Shown one piece after another: positions 59,612-64,000 of a stretch of 64,000 nucleotides of DNA. The stretch spans positions 416,001-480,000 of the forward strand of contig CAVRUC010000007.1 in assembly GCA_963724295.1 (NCBI GenBank), given 5' to 3'. Source of the DNA: an uncultured Chloroflexia bacterium. Its GTDB lineage: Bacteria > Chloroflexota > Chloroflexia > Thermomicrobiales > UBA6265. The notes beneath the pieces were generated by a model. That model was not told the DNA's origin. It worked only from the letters and a program-made list of their open reading frames with translations, and searched no databases. The translations under genes and the position numbers were made by a program. Position 1 is the stretch's first letter. Each line of letters begins with the position of its first letter.

Positions 59612-60109
59612 CTAGAGATCGTCGAGCGGTGGCCTGTTCTCGGTTGGCTGCGCCCCCGGCTGCTTCTTCTCCGGGTCGATCATGGTTCGAATCCACGAAG
59701 TGGCCGATTCCGCAACCCTTTCCAGGGCGCTGGCAACATTCTTCAACTCTGGCTCAGCCTGTTTGAGCGTGCTGTTCGCGGCGGACCCAATCTCGGAGGT
59801 CATCTTGGCCGCGAGGACAGTCAGGTCCTCCAGCGCAGTCTTCATCTGCTCCGCGCTTCGCTGCGCTCGCTCCCGGTCGAAGGACGACCCGATCTCGGAT
59901 CGCCGCTCTCGCACCCCTGAAGATATTGTCGAAATCAGCTCGGTGGCGGTCTGTTCGAGCCGGGAGACGTCACCTTTCAGGCGTGCCGCCGCGGCATCGT
60001 CGTCCGGGCTTGGAGATCCGGCTCGACCCAGGGCGGAGCGAACTTCGGCCGCCGCGCTACGCAACATTTCTGTCAGGTCTTCCCACGATCGATTGTGACG
60101 TGTACCCAC
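59612..60109 (-). CDS. Hypothetical helical/coiled-coil protein
   Basis: Ala/Glu/Ser-rich helical ORF; AAAGG before GTG 60109. Confidence 0.6.
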   Translation of the reverse strand: MGTRHNRSWEDLTEMLRSAAAEVRSALGRAGSPSPDDDAAAARLKGDVSRLEQTATELISTISSGVRERRSEIGSSFDRERAQRSAEQMKTALEDLTVLAAKMTSEIGSAANSTLKQAEPELKNVASALERVAESATSWIRTMIDPEKKQPGAQPTENRPPLDDL

Positions 60110-60362
60110 GATTCTCGACCTTTCTTTCGACGTATGTGCTTGTCCCTGCGCACAAGATTGTATGGTCTGCCGAGAAAGACCGTCACCGGCCACCAGCGAA
60201 GATTGACCCAAAGTCCCGCATGATTCCAGTTGGGTGACACCCGTCACCGTGGAAGGGCAAGGCAATCGGTCAGGTACCATTCGACGGCCGGGTCGTCAGC
60301 ATGAAGCGCGATGGACTCGGCGGGAATTGGCTTCAGACGACACTTTGATGGGAACGTGCTCA

Positions 60363-61521
60363 ATGGCCGGTGTGAGTGGTTTCAGCACGCGATGCATTCA
60401 CGCCGGTGAGGCGCCCGACCCAACGACCGGGGCGCACGGCGTGCCGCTCTACCAAAATGTCACGTTTGCGTTCGAGACCAACAGCCAGGTCGAGGCCATG
60501 CGCAGCGGAGACAGACCCCACTTTACGTATTCGCCACGGGGTAATCCGACGGTGCGCTGTCTGGAGCTCAAGATTGCTGATCTGGAGGGCACGGAAGCGT
60601 CACTTGCATTGAGCTCCGGAATGGCCGCGGTCAGCAGTGTCATGCTGACGCTGCTCGCTGACGGCGGCCACCTCGTGGCGTCCGACCAACTCTATGACTT
60701 GAGCAACGACTTTTTGCGCGAGGACCTGGCCGCGTTGGGCGGTTCAGTCACCTTCATCGATCCTCTCTGACGCGGATGCGGTTCGGCGGGCCATCACGCT
60801 GCAAACGCGCGCTATCTACGTCGAGCCGTTCTCGAATCCTCTGCTTCGGGTCGCCGACATTGGCATGCTGGCGCGGATCGCTAACGAGAGCGGTCTGGTT
60901 CTGGTAGTCGACAACACCTTTCTCTCGCCCGCTCTCCTTCGTCCGGCGGCGCTCGGGGCGGACCTCGTTCTGCACAGCGCCACGAAATATCTTTCTGGTA
61001 ACGGCCAGGTGCAGGGCGGCGTGGTTTCCGGTCCAAAGCGCCTCATCGATCCGATCCGGGCCAGGGCGATCCGACTCGGCGCGGTCATGTCGCCGTTCGC
61101 GGCGTGGCTGTTGCTGGCAGGCATTCATACGCTTCCACTGCGCATGCAGCGCCACAGTGAGAATGCATTGCGGCTGGCGAACCTGTTGGCGATGCACCCC
61201 GCGGTTGCGGATGTCCACTATCCTGGTTTGAACTCGGACCCGGGTCATGCGCTGGCCGCGTCGATGCTCGGCCCCGGTGAGCTTCAATGCGGAGGCATGA
61301 TCGCGTTTACGCTAGCGGCGGGCCGCGCTGCCTTTGGCCCGTTTCTCGACGCCCTCGAGCTGTGCACGATCGCGGTCAGCCTGGGTGACTCCAGTACGCT
61401 GGTCTGGCCGTGGCACTGCGGTGACCTGATACGAATTTCGACCGGGCTCGAAGATTTCGTTGACCTGGAAGCTGATATTGTGCGGGCGCTGAATAGTGTC
61501 GTTCCAGCCGAAGTCGTCTGA
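60363..61521 (+). CDS. Cys/Met metabolism PLP-dependent enzyme; frame break near 60765
   Basis: TRCIHAG, YSPRGNPT, SSGMAA, VDNTF, HSATKYLSG, SLG, RISTGLED. Confidence 0.85.
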
Positions 61522-61604
61522 TCTACTCGGACGGCAATTTGGCCGCGGCAGAGGGAGTAGATTCGGCATCGCGCTCATCAATGCGGTGCCCACGGGAGAG
61601 GTGA

Positions 61605-62126
61605 ATGACGACCGAACAGGGCCAGAAAGCGCCGTTTCCTGACGGTGAATTCAACGACGCGGAGGGCCAGGCGCACGACCTGACTCGCGCTGCCGCCAAT
61701 GGACCGTTGTTGCTTGGCATCTATAAGAGCTCGTGCGCCTCGAGCAAGCAGATGTTTCCATTTCTCGAACGATTGAACGAGCGCCATCGCGACGACGGGC
61801 TGGCGGTCCTGGGGATCTCGCAGGATTCCGCCAACATCACCCGGTCGTTCGCGCGGCGCTATGGAATCACCTTTCCGCTCGTGTTGGAAGGTGACGACTA
61901 TCCCATCTCCCGCGCCTTCGACATCATGGCGACGCCAACAGTCTTCCTGATCGAGCCGGACGGGAACGTGGCGTACACCACCATGGGGTTCATGAAGCCG
62001 GCGCTCGATGCGCTTGGCGACGCCGTGGCCGACGTGCTCGGAAAACCGCACCAGGCGCTTGTCACGTCCGACGACGCGGACGTGCCGATGTTCGTTCCCG
62101 GCTGACCATCGAAGCATATTGGCTAG
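61605..62126 (+). CDS. TlpA/redoxin-family thioredoxin-fold protein; ends at 62105 unless the TGA is read as Sec
   Basis: YKSSCASSK, ISQD, FP, TPTVFLI; after the TGA the frame continues PSKHIG to TAG 62126. Confidence 0.8.
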
Positions 62127-62181
62127 GCGTGTCCTGGCCCTCGCAGCGTCAAGACTGAAATAATTGTCCGGTCCGCGGCAC

Positions 62182-62385
62182 TCAACGCCCGGTTCGGTCT
62201 CGCTCTCGCACGAGCTCGGCGACCTGTCGCTCGAGACGAGCAACTCGCCCTTCGAGCTCGTCTATGCGGTCACGGAGCGGGGTGATCTCGCGCTCGATGA
62301 ACTGCCGCGCGCCGTCTCGTACCCCTTGATTGACCTGGGTCGCGGCCTGCTTGAGCGCCTCACGCGCAAATCGATTGTTGAGCAT
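62182..62385 (-). CDS. Small coiled-coil hypothetical protein
   Basis: MLNNRFAREALK...LRDRIDELEGRVARLERQV; GGAGG RBS. Confidence 0.7.
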   Translation of the reverse strand: MLNNRFAREALKQAATQVNQGVRDGARQFIEREITPLRDRIDELEGRVARLERQVAELVRERDRTGR

Positions 62386-62615
62386 CTTCGTTCCTCCCGA
62401 ACCGGCCGCATAGGTACGTGATCCATTCATGCCAGCGCCGTACGCTTTATCGTGGCATGGAACGGGACGCGCACGCCAACCCAGGGCGCGGCCCGGGCGG
62501 CTGATTGCGCGTAATGGCGCCTTGCGGCTAGGATCGTGACAACACCCGTGGTGGGCTAGAAAGCGAAGTAACGATCAAACACGCGCGGTTCTTCAGGATC
62601 ATTGCGGCAGCATTC

Positions 62616-62822
62616 ATGATCGTCGGTGTCGTGCTTGTCGCTGGTAGTGTTGCGATGGGGCTCGGGCCGATCGCGTTTGTCTGCGGTGCACTGATGCTCT
62701 GGACCGGGATCGTCAAGGCCATCGTGCTCCGTATCTGGCGCACGACCTTGAGCGCGGAACCTGTGCCCGATGGCGTCCGCAACACCGGCGGTTCCGGCAC
62801 CGCGGTCAGGCAGGGATCGTGA
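62616..62822 (+). CDS. Small membrane protein (start uncertain)
   Basis: Two hydrophobic segments. Confidence 0.45.
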   Translation: MIVGVVLVAGSVAMGLGPIAFVCGALMLWTGIVKAIVLRIWRTTLSAEPVPDGVRNTGGSGTAVRQGS

Positions 62823-63070
62823 CACGGCGAGCCCCTGGCCGCGCAACACGTCAGATCCTCTCCGGCTCAGAGCTGGCGCCCCCACGTGAGACGATTGGCG
62901 GGCATAGCACGGACGGCGAACCAGTTTCGTTCGCCTTCAAATACCTCGTCGCCCTTGCGGTCCTCGTTGTCGTAACCGCCCTGGTGTGGGCGGTTTGGGG
63001 CATGCCTGCGGCTAGCGCCGTGCTGTTGGCGCTGGCCGCGGGGTTGATCGCCTCCTGGCTCGTGCTCTAG
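62819..63070 (+). CDS. Small membrane protein
   Basis: Two C-terminal TM segments; GTGA overlap with the previous ORF. Confidence 0.5.
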   Translation: MTRRAPGRATRQILSGSELAPPRETIGGHSTDGEPVSFAFKYLVALAVLVVVTALVWAVWGMPAASAVLLALAAGLIASWLVL

Positions 63071-63085
63071 AAAACTGGATCTGGC

Positions 63086-64000
63086 TCAGAAACTCGCGAG
63101 ATCGTTGGGATCTGTTCCGTTGGTGATCTCGTCACCGTCCACGACGCCGTCCCCGTCCGTGTCCGGGTTTCTGGTGCCGGTCTGGTAGGTGTAATACTCG
63201 TCCCCGTCCGTCAACCCGTCATCGTCGGTGTCCAGGTCGACCGGATCGGTTCCCAACTCAATCTCGATCGCGTCCTCCAGCCCATCTCCATCGCTATCTC
63301 CGGGGGCGGCGACGGCGTCGGCCGGGGGTGGCTCCGCGGCCGGAGTCTCTTCGACCGCGGGAGCCTCCCCGGCAGGAGCACCAGCAAGGCCATCGAGAGG
63401 ATCGGTGCCTTGGGCGACTTCGTCTCCGTCGAGCACGCCGTCGCTATCGGTGTCAGCACTCAGCGGCGACGTACCTATCTCCGCGGTCTCCTCACCGTCC
63501 GTCAGTCCGTCTTCATCGGTGTCGGCCAGGCTTGGATCAGTTCCGGCTTCCTCTTCGTCAGCATTCGTCAATCCGTCGCTATCGTCATCGGCACGATCGG
63601 CTGCATTCTGCGTCGCCGTTGCCGTCGCGGCGGGGAGCACCTCCGTCGCTACTGCCGTCGGCGTACCAGGTGACTCGATCACGCGTCCCCCCGGAACGGG
63701 TGTCGCGCCTGCCTCCAGCTGTGGCACCGCGGGCCCGGTGTAGGCCGCGATCACCGTGGCGCCGTTTTCCGTTGCCGTGACCACGACCGGACCGGCCAAC
63801 GAGACGGCCTCGTCTCCGCCAAGGGAGAACACGTCGCCGGTCTCGCTGGCAACATCCGCTACGCCATCGAGTACGAGGACCAGCGTCGGTAGCGCCCCAG
63901 CAGGTATGGTCATCGTCCCGCCAGGACCAAGTGCGTCGCGGACAAGATCCAGATCATGTCGCGCACCGGGACCTGAGAACGGTTCGCTGGTGAACTGCAC
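63086..64000 (-). CDS. C-terminal part of a protein with a cupin-like region and six Ca-binding TSP3-like repeats (partial)
   Basis: DxDxDGLxDxxE...GTDP repeats in two blocks of three; runs off the window. Confidence 0.8.
   Translation of the reverse strand: MQFTSEPFSGPGARHDLDLVRDALGPGGTMTIPAGALPTLVLVLDGVADVASETGDVFSLGGDEAVSLAGPVVVTATENGATVIAAYTGPAVPQLEAGATPVPGGRVIESPGTPTAVATEVLPAATATATQNAADRADDDSDGLTNADEEEAGTDPSLADTDEDGLTDGEETAEIGTSPLSADTDSDGVLDGDEVAQGTDPLDGLAGAPAGEAPAVEETPAAEPPPADAVAAPGDSDGDGLEDAIEIELGTDPVDLDTDDDGLTDGDEYYTYQTGTRNPDTDGDGVVDGDEITNGTDPNDLASF

Noticed and set aside
60120..60362. SAM riboswitch ahead of the Cys/Met enzyme
   Set aside because: No ATCxAGAG, GCAACC or GTGCxAA core could be found by eye.
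60768..60770. TGA in the Cys/Met enzyme as selenocysteine
   Set aside because: Homology continues in a different frame (DADAVRRAI), so this is an indel rather than readthrough.

Overview
GC-rich bacterial chromosome window made up mostly of housekeeping and metabolic genes. The Bacillus-type large SRP RNA, the gene content and a Cys-rich 'MDxxRFDxLT..RR' secreted-protein family suggest Chloroflexota, probably Thermomicrobiales (inference). In order: xseB end, AIR-synthase-like protein, asparaginase, rho, glpX, dinG, M20 peptidase, sdhAB, SRP RNA, a Fur-led sufCBDSU-Rieske-dUTPase operon, a rubredoxin/GltD-like flavo-Fe-S protein, iscA, DUF1015, a sigma-70 factor, mutS, a HAD-SerA fusion, a TetR-led menFDHBE operon, a sugar-acid catabolic cluster, aspC, prs, rnc, acoABCX, an amidase, a Cys/Met PLP enzyme, a TlpA-like redoxin and a Ca-binding repeat protein. 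No tRNA, rRNA, CRISPR array, transposase or prophage was seen. About eight genes carry single-base frame breaks, most likely assembly errors. The best lead is the TlpA-like gene: its TGA 'stop' sits in a PG-TGA-PSK context followed by a SECIS-like hairpin, making it a candidate unannotated selenoprotein.
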